A stretch of DNA of 64,000 nucleotides from a virus (lineage: Duplodnaviria; Caudoviricetes), in the IMG/VR virus record IMGVR_UViG_2877826310_000002, positions 19,922 through 83,921 of that record. The stretch is one strand, 5' to 3'. Under the pieces are notes generated by a model. It was not told the origin of the DNA, made no database searches, and saw only the letters and a list, made by a program, of their open reading frames with translations. Numbering within the stretch: the stretch's first letter is position 1; each line of letters starts with the position of its first letter. Position numbers and translations under genes: made by a program. Of this stretch, positions 46,753-58,200 are shown piece by piece.

Positions 46753-48848
46753 CTAGAGAAGGCTAATGTATCTCAGGCCGAAATGACCTTCTACATGGAA
46801 GGGATCGCTGACGAAGCCAGCGCGCTTGTTCCATTGTTGCGCAACGGGGGCAAGGAGTTTAAACAACTCGGCGACGCTGCCGAGTCAGCGGGCGCTATTC
46901 TCAGCATTCAAACCATCGCCGTCTCGAAACAGTTTTCGGGTGAGCTCGTAGAACTTGTTCAGAACCTACAGGGCGCGAAAAACAAGATCGCCGAAGACTT
47001 TATGCCTGTAGTTCAGCAACTGACCAAAGATCTTAATGACACCGTAAAAGCGGGAGGCGGTGTCACGAAGGTAGTAGGGGAAATTGGCGAAACGCTTGTT
47101 ACCGCTACTGCATTCATTGTTAATGCTGGTGATGGCGTTGTTCGAGTTTTTAAAATCGTATCTGATACCTTGGTTGGAATGTTCTCTACCGCTGTAGGGT
47201 ACATTCAAACGCTGGACTCATCCGGACAGGCAGCTCTATCCCAGCTCAGCTTTGGTGATGCTTCCAAAGAATTCGCTGCAAATGCAAAGGCGATGGAAGA
47301 GGCAGCCAAGATCAGTTTCGGGGTCGCTGCACAAGCTGCAGCAGGGCTTAAGGCGTCTGTAGAAGCTCCGATGGCGGGAGATACGATCCAGAAATACGTT
47401 GCCGATGCGCGCGCCGCCGCCACCGAGTATCAGCGCTTGTTCGGCGGTACCGGCTTCAGCGATCAAAGTGGAAAGGGCAGTGGCGTCGATCCAAAAGCGC
47501 TGGAAGCGGCCAAGCAGGCTGCAAAGGACGCGGAGTCAGCAGCTAAAAAGTTGAGCGATACCGTAAAGGGGTCAGAGACCGACCTGCAACGCCAAATCGC
47601 GCTGATCAACACCAGCACCGATGCCCAGAAAAACGCGACCGAAGTGGACAAAATCCGCTTTGAGGTCGCGTCGGGCAAGCTGGTCGGGATCAACGCTGTT
47701 CAGCAAAAGCGCCTGGAGGGTTTGGCGTCAGAGCTGGATGCTCTACAGAAACTCAAGATTGCAAACGAGGAAGAGGCCAAGGCCGTCAGCTTTCTCGCAA
47801 CCCTCAAGGATGAAAACGCTTCCGTCGGTGCAGGCTTCGACATGGAGCTTGCTGGCGCCGGGATGGGGGACAAGGCGCGGGACCGCCTGAAACAGGACAT
47901 GGCCATTCAGGAGGATTACACCCGCAAGGCTGCAGACCTCCAGGCTCAACGTAACTCCGGTGATATCAGCGCTGAACTGTATGCCAAAGAGACCGGCATG
48001 CTCTCCGAGGCGCTGGCCGAGCGCATGCTCAAGCAGCAGGACTATTACAATCAGGTCGATGAAGCCCAGTCCAGATGGATGGATGGCGTAAGTGATGCCT
48101 GGCAGAACTACGTAGACGCCGCTGAAAATTACTCGGCTATCGCAGCCGATTTCGTCTTTGGCAGCCTGGATGATTTGAATGGTGGTCTGGGCAACGTGTT
48201 CTCCGATGTGGTTACCGGCGCAAAGGATGCCGGTGATGCAATCGCGGACTTTGCCAGCAACATGGGCAAGTCAGTGATTAACGCGCTCTCCGACATGGCC
48301 GCTCAGTGGTTGATCTATCAGGGCATTCAGTTGCTTGTAGGGAAAAGCGGCCAGTCAGCTGCGGCGACCGGACTGATCGCCAACGCGCAGGCTGCGTCGG
48401 CTCAGGCTGCGCTCAACGCTTATGCGTCGACCGCCGGTATTCCCCTAATCGGTCCTGCTGCGGCTCCTGCCGCTGCACTGGCTGCAGCAGCTGCAACAGC
48501 ACCAATGGTCGCTTCTGTTTCCGCTTCCGCGCTGATGGGTATGGCGCACAACGGTATAGACAACATCCCGAAGGAAGGCACCTGGCTGCTTGATGGTGGT
48601 GAGCGCGTGCTCAACCCGAACCAGAACCGCGACCTGACCAAGTACCTGGCTGACAAGTCTGGCGGTGGCGGCGTCGGGTCTACGCCGATCAGCATCAGCG
48701 TGCCGGTGACCGTCCAAGGCCAGCCGGGTATGAGCGATGCCGAGGCCGCCAGCCAGGGCAGGGCCATAGGCGAGAGTGCCGCCCAGCAAGTGCGCCAGGT
48801 TCTCCAACAAGAGATGCGACAGGGCGGATTGCTCTGGAGGCGCACTTA

Positions 48849-49193
48849 ATGGCTGAGACATTCGATTTTGATGTACAGGTCGGCGCTTCCGGTGACGTGA
48901 AGCAGCGCACGTGGTCGAACGACTTCGGCGACGGTTACACCCAGGCTGGCGGTGTCGGTATCAACACCAAGTCGCAGGCATGGGACGTGACCGTGATCGG
49001 GCGTTACGGCGTTGGCCAGAAGCTCCAGCAGGTACAGGACTTTCTGGACCGACATGAGGGATTCAAGTCGTTCCTCTGGACACCGCCAGGCAGCGGGGAG
49101 GGCCGGTACACCGCCAACGGTTACAAACTGTCGACCCTCGGCGGTGGCCTGCACTCGTTGTCCACGAACTTCAAACAAACATTCAAACCATGA
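48849..49193 (+). CDS. Minor tail protein M-like
   Basis: FGDGYTQ..GIN..SFLWTPP. Confidence 0.85.
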   Translation: MAETFDFDVQVGASGDVKQRTWSNDFGDGYTQAGGVGINTKSQAWDVTVIGRYGVGQKLQQVQDFLDRHEGFKSFLWTPPGSGEGRYTANGYKLSTLGGGLHSLSTNFKQTFKP

Positions 49194-49313
49194 AACAACA
49201 TGACGCGGCTGGGCCGCTTAGGAGAAGGCTATGCACTTACCATTCTATTTTGATGAAAGCGGAAAGCTGCGCATTGCCGGGGCGCAAGTCCGCGACAATG
49301 CGCTTGCGATGGG

Positions 49314-49559
49314 TTAGCGGGGCTGCGCACCTACCCCATTCTTTATGGCGTCCAAAAGTGGCTTGGGATCGCCGCCCAATGCATCTAGCGCCAGGTTAAA
49401 ACCTTCCGGGTCGGCTCCATCTTGTCTGGTGTTTTTGAAAAAATGCACGTATTTGAGCAGCTCTTTCTCGTCGAAGTCAGGGCGAGAGCGCAAATACATC
49501 GAGATAGCGCCTATAGCCGAGATAATTCCCGCTTCGGTTGAACTGATACCTGTAGCCAT
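49314..49559 (-). CDS. Hypothetical moron protein
   Basis: AGGAGG RBS, antisense within the tail operon. Confidence 0.55.
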   Translation of the reverse strand: MATGISSTEAGIISAIGAISMYLRSRPDFDEKELLKYVHFFKNTRQDGADPEGFNLALDALGGDPKPLLDAIKNGVGAQPR

Positions 49560-49751
49560 TTTGACCTCCTAGGTCACTTGATACCCCGGTCCGTGGGTTT
49601 GAAGGCAACGGACCGAGGCGGTTCGTTGGAGGCGTAACGCTACTACGTGAGCTGATGACTGCGTTACTGGCCTTTTGTCCACGCTGTACAACCAATCAGC
49701 TCCTTTCAAACCTGACCCCGCCGAGTGCGGGGTTTTTCGTAGGTAACCACC

Positions 49752-50450
49752 ATGATTTACAGCGCGGACATCCAGAAACTGGAGCCCGGCAACCAGATTC
49801 GTTTGTACGAACTGGATGCCACGCGGCTTGGCGCAACGCTCTGGCGCTTCCACGGGCACGAGCATGAGGGCGACATTATCTGGCAGGGCCAGCTGTATTC
49901 CCCGATCCAGATCGAGGCCAGCGGCTTCGACATTCGCGGCGATGGCCGGCCAGCTACTCCAAAACTCACCCTGGCCAACGAACTGTCGGGCATTCGCGGT
50001 GCCGTCTCAGCGCTTTGCCTTCAGTACCGCGATCTTGCTGGTGCGAGTTTCAAGGTGATCGAGACGTTCAAACACTTCCTCGATGCCGCGAACTTCGATG
50101 GCGGCAACCCGGACGCTGCCGATCAGAGCCGCATCAGTCTTTGGAAAATCGAGCAGAAGACCGAAGAGAACTTTTCGTCGGTCGGTTTCGAGCTTTCCAG
50201 TCCCATCGATATGGAAGGCCAGCAATTGCCGTCCCAGCAGATCACCAAGCTGTGCCGCTGGGCCATGCGCGGCCAATACCGACAGGAGGCGTGTGCGTAC
50301 ACCGGCACCGCGTATTTCGACAAGAAGAACGAGCCAACCGACAACCCGGCGCTGGACCGCTGCGGTGGCTGGTGGAGCAGCTGCAAGTTGCGCGGCAATA
50401 CCCGCCGGTTCGGCGGCTCAATGGGCGCAAGCCTGATCGCCAAGGGATAA
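49752..50450 (+). CDS. Minor tail protein L
   Basis: Cys-rich C-terminus C..YR..C.Y.G..DRC..CKLR..FGG. Confidence 0.9.
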   Translation: MIYSADIQKLEPGNQIRLYELDATRLGATLWRFHGHEHEGDIIWQGQLYSPIQIEASGFDIRGDGRPATPKLTLANELSGIRGAVSALCLQYRDLAGASFKVIETFKHFLDAANFDGGNPDAADQSRISLWKIEQKTEENFSSVGFELSSPIDMEGQQLPSQQITKLCRWAMRGQYRQEACAYTGTAYFDKKNEPTDNPALDRCGGWWSSCKLRGNTRRFGGSMGASLIAKG

Positions 50451-50452
50451 CC

Positions 50453-51235
50453 ATGCGAATCAATCAAAAGCTTCAGGACGACATGAGGGCGCACGCCGAG
50501 CAGTCACACCCGGCCGAGGCCTGCGGGCTGCTGATCAAGACCGAGGCCGGGCGTGAATACGTGCCGTGCGGCAATGTGGCCACCAACCCGCTGCAGCACT
50601 TCCTGATCGACAAGCACGACGCTGCGGCGGCAGAGGACCGGGGCGAGGTGCTGGCGATCGTGCACAGCCACCCGGACCGCGCCGCAACACCGAGCATGAC
50701 CGATCTGGTCAGCTGCGAACTGCATGAATTGCCCTGGGCGATTGTGGGCTGGCCTGGCGGTGACATTCAGTGGTTCAAACCGACCGGGTTCCAGGCGCCG
50801 CTGCTGGGCCGGGATTTCTCGCATGGCCTGCTCGATTGCTGGTCGGCCTGCCGGGACTGGTACGCCCGCGAGGCGTCATTGCCGCTGCCAAACTTCGAAC
50901 GCAAGGAGCTGTGGTGGGAAGATCCGGACAGCCCAAGCCATTACGAAGAGAACTACGAGGCCTGCGGGTTCGTCCGGGTCGAGCAGCCCCAGCGCGGCGA
51001 CATGTTGATTTTTCAGATACCAACTGTAGGCCGTCCCTGCCATTTCCCGAACCACGCCGCGATCTATCTCGGGGCCGATGCCAGGCTGCACAGCGAAGAC
51101 GCGCCGGCGCTCGGTGGCGCTGGGCCATTCATCTACCACCACATGCCCGGTCGCCTGGCTGCCCGTGAGGTTTACGGCTGGTCGATGGCCAACCGCGTGA
51201 AACTGATCCTGCGCCACAAGGAATACACCCCATGA
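50453..51235 (+). CDS. Tail assembly protein K (JAB + NlpC/P60)
   Basis: EACG..HSHPD; DCW..NHAAIYLG. Confidence 0.9.
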   Translation: MRINQKLQDDMRAHAEQSHPAEACGLLIKTEAGREYVPCGNVATNPLQHFLIDKHDAAAAEDRGEVLAIVHSHPDRAATPSMTDLVSCELHELPWAIVGWPGGDIQWFKPTGFQAPLLGRDFSHGLLDCWSACRDWYAREASLPLPNFERKELWWEDPDSPSHYEENYEACGFVRVEQPQRGDMLIFQIPTVGRPCHFPNHAAIYLGADARLHSEDAPALGGAGPFIYHHMPGRLAAREVYGWSMANRVKLILRHKEYTP

Positions 51236-51575
51236 CCATGCGCACCATCAAGTTGTACGGCGTGCTGCGCAAGCATTTCGGCCGTGAGTACCGCATCGAC
51301 GTGCACAGCGTGCGCGACGCCGTGAATGCCCTGTGTGCGATGAAGCCAGGTTTCGAGAAGTTTCTGCGGACCGGCGAAGAGCGCGGCCTGGTGTTCAGCG
51401 TGTTCTGCGGCAAGCGCAACGCCGGCGAGGGCGAGTTCGACATGCAGGGCAGCGACAACACCGATATCCGCATCGTGCCGCTGATTCAAGGCAGCAAGCA
51501 GGCCGGTCTGTTTCAGGTGGTGCTGGGCGTGGCGCTTGTGGTCGCCGGTGCATTCACCTACGGCACCAGCGCCGG

Positions 51576-53007
51576 TGGACTGCCCCCAAGAAGTTGGACA
51601 CCAATCCGACCTAATGGGGGTGTTCAAATGGCCAAGTATTCAGAGCAATTCAAGCTCACCGTCGTTAAAGCCTATCTTGCAGGCAACATAGGCTTTCGCA
51701 AGGTGGCCAGCCAGTTCTCGATCGATTTCAGCCTGCTTCGACGCTGGGTCGCCAATTACAAGAGCCATGGGCACACAGGCCATCGTAAGCCTGGTCTTCG
51801 GTACAGCGAAGCCTTCAAACGCTCAGTGCTGGAGCACAAGCGCGAGCACGGGCTGTCCCTTCGTCAGACCGCAGCGCATTTTGGTATTGGTGATCCTGGC
51901 CAAATAGTCATTTGGGAACAGCAGCATTACAGTAACGATCTAGCCCCCTACGTTCCCAAGAGAAGAAAGTCTGTTGCCATGCCCAAGAAGCCTTATCCCA
52001 CCGCACCAGTAATCGACGACGATACGCAGAAGACGCGTGACCAGTTAATGGCCGAGCTCGAATACCTGCGCATGGAGAACGCTTACCTAAAAAAGTTGGA
52101 AGAGTTGAAGGAGCAGCAACGACGGCAAAAGAAAAAGCCCTGATCGTCAAACAACTGAGGAGCCGCTTCTCGCTCTGCGCCCTTCTGACGCTGGCGGGCT
52201 TGGCGCGCAGTACGTTCTACTATCAGGTTCAGGTGCAATCCAGACCCGATCCAGATGCTGCTCTAAAGCAGGAGGTAGAGCGGATTTATCACGAGGAGAG
52301 AGGTCTTTATGGGGCTCGGCGCATCACGGCGGTTATCCGCAACTCAGGCACGCTGGTCAACAAGAAGGTTGTGGAGAGATTGATGGCTGAACTGGGTCTG
52401 CGCTCCGTTGTTCGACCAAAAAAATACCGTTCCTATAAGGGCACCGTCGGAAAAATTGCACCGAATTTGCTGGAGCGCAATTTCACGGCGCAACGCCCGA
52501 ACCAGAAATGGGTGACCGATGTGACCGAGTTTAAAGTGGCCAATCGAAAGCTGTATCTCTCGCCTGTGATGGACCTGTACAACGGTGAGATCGTGGCGTA
52601 CGAATTGTCTACCAGGCCGTGCTTTGAGCTGGTCACCAGTATGCTGGACAAGGCGTTGCAGCAGTTGCAAGACGAGCCGAAGCTTGTGATGCACTCGGAT
52701 CAAGGCTGGCAGTATCAACACGCGCAGTACCGTCAGAAACTGGCGGTAAAGGGTGTGAAGCAAAGCATGTCTCGTAAGGGAAATTGCCTGGACAACGCTG
52801 CGATGGAAAGCTTTTTTGGTACGCTTAAGTCCGAGTTTTTCTACTTGAAACGATTTGAAAGCATAGAAGAGCTGACGGCAGGTCTGGAGGAGTACATCCG
52901 CTACTACAACCATGACCGCATTAAGCTGAAGCTAGGCGGCCTGAGCCCCGTAAAATACAGGACTCAGGCGGCAAGCTAAAACTGTCCAACTTCCGGGGGG
53001 CAGTCCA
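51576..53007 (+). mobile_element. IS3-family element (IS150-like, 1432 bp)
   Basis: IR TGGACTGCCCC..GAAGTTGGACA; CCGG TSD; orfA/orfB with A6G at 52089-52095. Confidence 0.92.
51628..52979 (+). CDS. IS3 transposase OrfA (51628-52143) / OrfB by -1 frameshift
   Basis: HTH OrfA; WVTDVTE, HSDQGWQY, DNAAMESFF DDE motifs. Confidence 0.9.
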
Positions 53008-53309
53008 CCGGTGTGGGCATGGCGTTGATAGCTGGCGGCGCTGCTTCGGGCCTGGGCGGCGTCGTACAGATGCTGTCACCGACGACCACTGCAAGCACCG
53101 GCAACAACAACGATGACGGCAACAACCCGAGCTACGGTTTCGGCGGCGCAGTGACCACTGTTGCCCAGGGCAACCCATACCCCGTGCTCTACGGCGAACG
53201 CGAGATCGGCGGGGCCGTCGAGTCAGGCGGCATCTACACACAAGATCAGATTTGATCATCAGGTAACACCAGACCCGCTTCGGCGGGTTTTCTTTTTTCT
53301 GGGGGCGGT

Positions 53310-56300
53310 ATGGGAAGTGCGGTAGCAGCGCGAAGCATTCGCGGTAGCAAGGGCGGCGAGGCAACACAGAAGCAGCCAACGATTGCGCTAAACAGCACAG
53401 CTTCGATTGCTACCGCGCGCATCGTCTATCTGTGGAGCTGGGGGCCTATCGTTGGGCCGGTGAACGGTCGTCGGTCGATCAAGCTTGACGGCACACCTTT
53501 GGAGGCCGAGGACGGCACAGATAATTTTCCGGCCGTGAAGTGGCAGTTCCGCAATGGCGAACTGAATCAGCAGCGCCTCGAGGGCATTGCCGAGTCGAGC
53601 AATGAAGTTGACGTAAACTAGCAACTGCTCAGCACCACGCCCTACCTGCGCACCGTCACCAATCCCGTCCTGGACGCGCTGCGCGTGCGGTTCAGCTGGC
53701 CGCAGCTCCAGTCTCAGGACCAGAGCAACAATATCGATGGCGTGCGCATCGATTACGCCATTGACCTGGCCACTGACGGCGGTCCGTTTGTTCAGATGCT
53801 GTCGGACTACGTAGACCGCAAGAACATCACCAAGTACGAGCGCAGTCACCGCATCAACTTGCCTGCGGGTAGCCGGTGGACTATGCGCGTGCGCCGCATC
53901 ACGCCGGAAGCGAATAGCTCTCTGGTTCAGGACGGCATGTATATCGAGGCGGTGGCCGAGGTCGTAGACAGCGATCAGGAGTTTCCGCTCACCGCCGTGG
54001 GCTGTGTCGAATATGACGCCCAGCAGTTCGGCGGCGATATCGCCAAGATCGCGGTACTGATGCGCGGGCGCATCGTGCGCGTGCCATCCAACTACGACCC
54101 GGAGACGCGGACCTATGCCACGTCTGGCGCAGGCACCAGCAACGGCATTTGGGATGGTACGTTCAAAGAGGCTTACACCAACAACCCAGCTTGGGTGTGC
54201 TACGACCTGGCGCTGCACCCGTATTACGGCCTTGGGCACCGGATCGATGCCACGATGGTGGACCGCTGGAACCTGTACCGCATCGCGCAGTATTGCGACC
54301 AGATGGTGCCGAACGGCGTGGGCGGTGTGCATCCGCGCTTGACCTGCAACATCTACCTGCAAAAGCAGGCGGATGCCTACGCCGTGTTGCAGGACCTTTC
54401 GGCCATTTTCCACGGCATGAGCACCTGGGACGGAAGCCAGATCACGTTCACCGCCGACATGCCTGGCGATCCCGTTTACACCTACAACCCTTCGCAGATC
54501 CTGAACAACGGTGAAATCCAGTATTCGGGCACCCGGGAGCGCGACCGCCACAACCTGGCAATGGTGACGTGGGACAACCCGGACCAGAGTTTTACGACGG
54601 ACAAAGAGCCTGTCTTTGATGATGTGGCGATGGCTGAATCTGGATCGGTCAATGAACTTTCGGTGGACGCCTACGGCTGCACTTCACTCGGGCAGGCGCA
54701 GCGCGCTGGCCAGTACGCGCTGATCACCGAGCAGACGCAGACAAGGCCCGCGACCTTCCGTGTGGGCCTGGACGGCGGCATTCCTAAGACCGGGCAGATC
54801 ATCGCCGTGGCCGACCCGATGCTGGCCGGCCGCGCGAATGGCGGGCGTATCAGCTCGGTGGCGGGGCGGGTGATTACCGTTGACCGTGACATCGATCTTT
54901 CGACCGGTGCCAAGCTGCGCGTGAACCTGCCCAGCGGCAAGACCGAGGCGCGTGTGATCAGCTCGCTGGATGGGCGTCGCGTCACCCTCGCGGCCAGCTT
55001 TAGCGAGGTGCCGGAAGCCGAATGCGGCTGGATTCTCGAATACGACGACCTGAAAACCATGCAGTTTCTGGTGCGCAACATCACGCGCCCGGAATGGCAC
55101 CAGTACCAGCTCGAGTGCATCCAGCACGAGCCGAGCAAGTTTGACGCCATCGACTTCGGTGCCGTGGTTGATATCCGGCCCATCAGCGGCATACCGGTGG
55201 GCGTGCAGGCTGCGCCGGGCGCGGTGTTCGTGACTCAGCACGTTGTGATCGAGCAGGGTATCGCCGTCACCAACATGACCATCAGTTGGGATGCAGCGCC
55301 AGGCGCGGTTTCGTATGACGTGGAATGGCGCTGGGGCTCGCGTGAGTGGGTCAAGATGCCACGCACGGGCGAGCAGTCGGTTGATGTGCCCGGAATCTAC
55401 TCCGGCCAGTACATGGCCAGGGTCCGCGCGGTCAGCGCCCTGAACGTCTCGTCTCTGCCGGTCACGTCGCTGCTGACGAACCTGCAGGGCAAGACCAGCT
55501 TGCCACCTGCTGTCACCTCGCTGACTGCCGCTTCTCTGATCTTCGGCATCAAGTTGAAATGGACCTTCCCACCAGGCGCAGAGGACACGCAGCGCACTGA
55601 AATCTGGTACGGCCCGACGACCGATCTGGCCAAGGCCACGAAGCTGAGCGACCTGGCTTACCCACAGTCGGAACACGTCATGCAGGGTCTGCTGGCGGGT
55701 GTCACGTTCTTCTTCTGGGCGCGGCTCGTGGACCGGACCGGCAACGTGGGGCCGTGGTATCCAACGGGTGTCGGCGTAATGGGGCAGGCCAGCAGTGATG
55801 CTGGGGCAATCCTTGAAATGATTGCCGACCAGATTTCGGAAACGGAGCTGGCCAAGAACTTACTGGACCGTATCGACCTCATTGACGGCAGCGGACCTGG
55901 CTCTGTGAACGAACGCCTGGACGAGCTCAAGGCCGAGATCGGAGAAATCACTGACGCGCTGGTGTACGTGCCGACTGACGCCTATGTCCGCGACAACACC
56001 GTGCGCGTGGGCGACAACCTCTGGACGGCCATTGCAGCGGTGCCTGCGGCTGCCAATGGATCGAACGGCCCGCCGAACCCGGCTTACTGGGTCAACAGTG
56101 GACAGTCGATCCGAACTGCAAATGCTCTGGCCGCTCAGGTAACGAAGAACACCACTGACATCACCACGGTTGACGGTAAGACCACTGCGACTGCCACACA
56201 GATGCAGGCCGTGCAGGCGCAGTACCGGGCCGACAGCGGGGAAGGCGATCTGCTCGATGCGCTTAGAGGATGGGACAGTGCCGCCAGCGCAGCACAGGAA

Positions 56301-57149
56301 GTAAAGATCAGGGCGGAAGAGAACTTCGCACAGGCCGAGCGAACGACGTCGCTTCAGGCGCGTGTCGGCACCACCGAGGCGCGGATCACCACCGTCGAGA
56401 CGACGACTGCCACGGACCGTGAGGCAACTGCCCAGCGGATTACGGCAATCGATTCTCGTGTTGGTGCGAGCGAATCGAAGATCACCACCATCGAGTCGAC
56501 CGCGAACACGGACAGGCAGGCCGCCGCTCAACAGATACAGACGCTGACCTCGTCCGTCGGTAGCAATCAGGCCGCCATCCAGTCTGAAGCAACCACCAGA
56601 GCCAACGCAGACGGCGCGCTGTCCATGCGAGTGGATGGGGTTCAAACAACTGCTAATAACGCCAGTGCTGCGGTTCAGACCGTAAGCACAGCCCAGGCGA
56701 GCACTGACGGCAAGCTGACGGCGATGTATACCGTCAAATTGCAAGTCAACTCCAACGGCCAGTACGTCATGGCCGGGATAGGCGCAGGGATTGAGAATGT
56801 AGGCGGGGTTCTGCAAAGCCAGATCCTCATGTCGGCTGATCGGTTTGCGCTGGTGAACACGTTAGCGGGTGGTGCTATTTCGACGCCTTTCGTTGCACAG
56901 AACGGCCAGTTGTTCCTTGGTCCGACGTTCATCCAAGACGGCACGATCACCAACGCCAAGATTGGGAGTTACATCAGTTCGACCAATTACCTGGCCGGGC
57001 AGAGCGGTTGGATTCTGAGCAAAGACGGTACGTTCGAAATCAACTCACCACTTGCCGGGGGAGGCAGGCAGGTCATTAACGGTCAAGGCGGCAAGGTTTA
57101 TGACGAGCGAGGCCAGTTGCGCTACCAGTGGGGGAATTTAGCCGCATGA
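53310..57149 (+). pseudogene. Central tail tip protein J with in-frame amber stop at 53619-53621
   Basis: ORFs 53310-53621 and 53685-57149 are in the same frame: EVDVN*QLLST. Confidence 0.88.
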
Positions 57150-57514
57150 GTTACGGAGCCAGAGTTTGGGACGAAAACGGGAATTTGGTCATGGATACGA
57201 CCACGTTCACTTATCAGGTGATTTGGCAGGGGGTAGTGGATTTCAGCGATACAACCGGATCAACAGCCAAGGTAATCACGCTGAGCATTCCGGGTTTCGA
57301 CCCGGCCAATTGCGTTTTCATGATTATTCCCACCCGAGCCCAAGATATCCAGAACGCTGAATCCGACCCTCTCGGAAACATAAAGTCCTACCCGTACGTA
57401 ACAACGGCAAAAGACCAAGTAGTCATCCGCTCAGCAAATCCATCAGCAAATCTCGGTAACACCAACCAGACACGGATTGTTGCCAAGGGTTACGCAGTGA
57501 GGTTTAAGGTATGA
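57146..57514 (+). CDS. Tail tip-associated protein
   Basis: MSYGARVWDENG; coupled to J. Confidence 0.65.
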   Translation: MSYGARVWDENGNLVMDTTTFTYQVIWQGVVDFSDTTGSTAKVITLSIPGFDPANCVFMIIPTRAQDIQNAESDPLGNIKSYPYVTTAKDQVVIRSANPSANLGNTNQTRIVAKGYAVRFKV

Positions 57515-58173
57515 GCTTTGGCGTCATCAGTATCAATGAAAGCTCTTTCGTGCAGATTGATTCGGAAACGCCTAGGCTTTGCGTACTCACGAAGGGCACT
57601 TATTCAGGAACCACAAACGCAAACGTCACGTTTCCACGCGCGGTAACAAGTGCAGATCCTCCAATAGTGTTCATCAGGCCCGATCAAAACGGCATCGTCC
57701 AGGTGCCGATATCAGTATGGTTTACAGGTGGTCCGGGCAATTGGACAGGCTTCGCAATGAAGGCCTCAAACGTACAGAGTACGCTGAGCGGTCAATATTT
57801 TATTGCCGCATGGGCAGCCATGAGTACAGCCTCTTTTGGGATGCGTATTTGGGGAGCTGGCGGCGAGCTTGTATACGACAGCGGTGCACCTCCAGTTGTC
57901 GTAACGTTTGCTGCGGGTAACTGGACATACGTCGGGAGCGATCAGCTTAGCGTCGGTCGTCGGTATATATGGAGCATCGATAAATTGCTTGGGGCCGGCG
58001 AGTTTATATCAATAAATTCATTTGCTATGAGTTGTCACAACGGCGCAAGCGGTGGAGGCTGCGGAATAGCAGTTGATTACACCAATTCAAAAATAATGAT
58101 GTATAGCCTCGCTACAACGGCGTGGACAGATCAGGGCCACCGGCCATTTCTCTGCGCAAAACTAACCGCCTGA
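57511..58173 (+). CDS. Tail tip-associated protein
   Basis: MSFGV..QIDSE; FGMRIW..YDSG. Confidence 0.65.
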   Translation: MSFGVISINESSFVQIDSETPRLCVLTKGTYSGTTNANVTFPRAVTSADPPIVFIRPDQNGIVQVPISVWFTGGPGNWTGFAMKASNVQSTLSGQYFIAAWAAMSTASFGMRIWGAGGELVYDSGAPPVVVTFAAGNWTYVGSDQLSVGRRYIWSIDKLLGAGEFISINSFAMSCHNGASGGGCGIAVDYTNSKIMMYSLATTAWTDQGHRPFLCAKLTA

Positions 58174-58200
58174 ATCAAGGCATATAATTAGGAGAATTCA

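Larger units (their letters stand above)
45062..48849 (+). pseudogene. Tape measure protein interrupted by an IS
   Basis: Removing the IS restores the frame VSSL|EKANVSQ. Confidence 0.9.
51232..53255 (+). pseudogene. Tail assembly protein I interrupted by an IS3 element
   Basis: Removing the IS restores TSAG|VGMALIAG..PYPVLYG. Confidence 0.88.

Noticed and set aside
51232-52143. 303-aa tail I-OrfA fusion as a novel protein
   Set aside because: Chance in-frame join created by the IS3 insertion (TSD CCGG)
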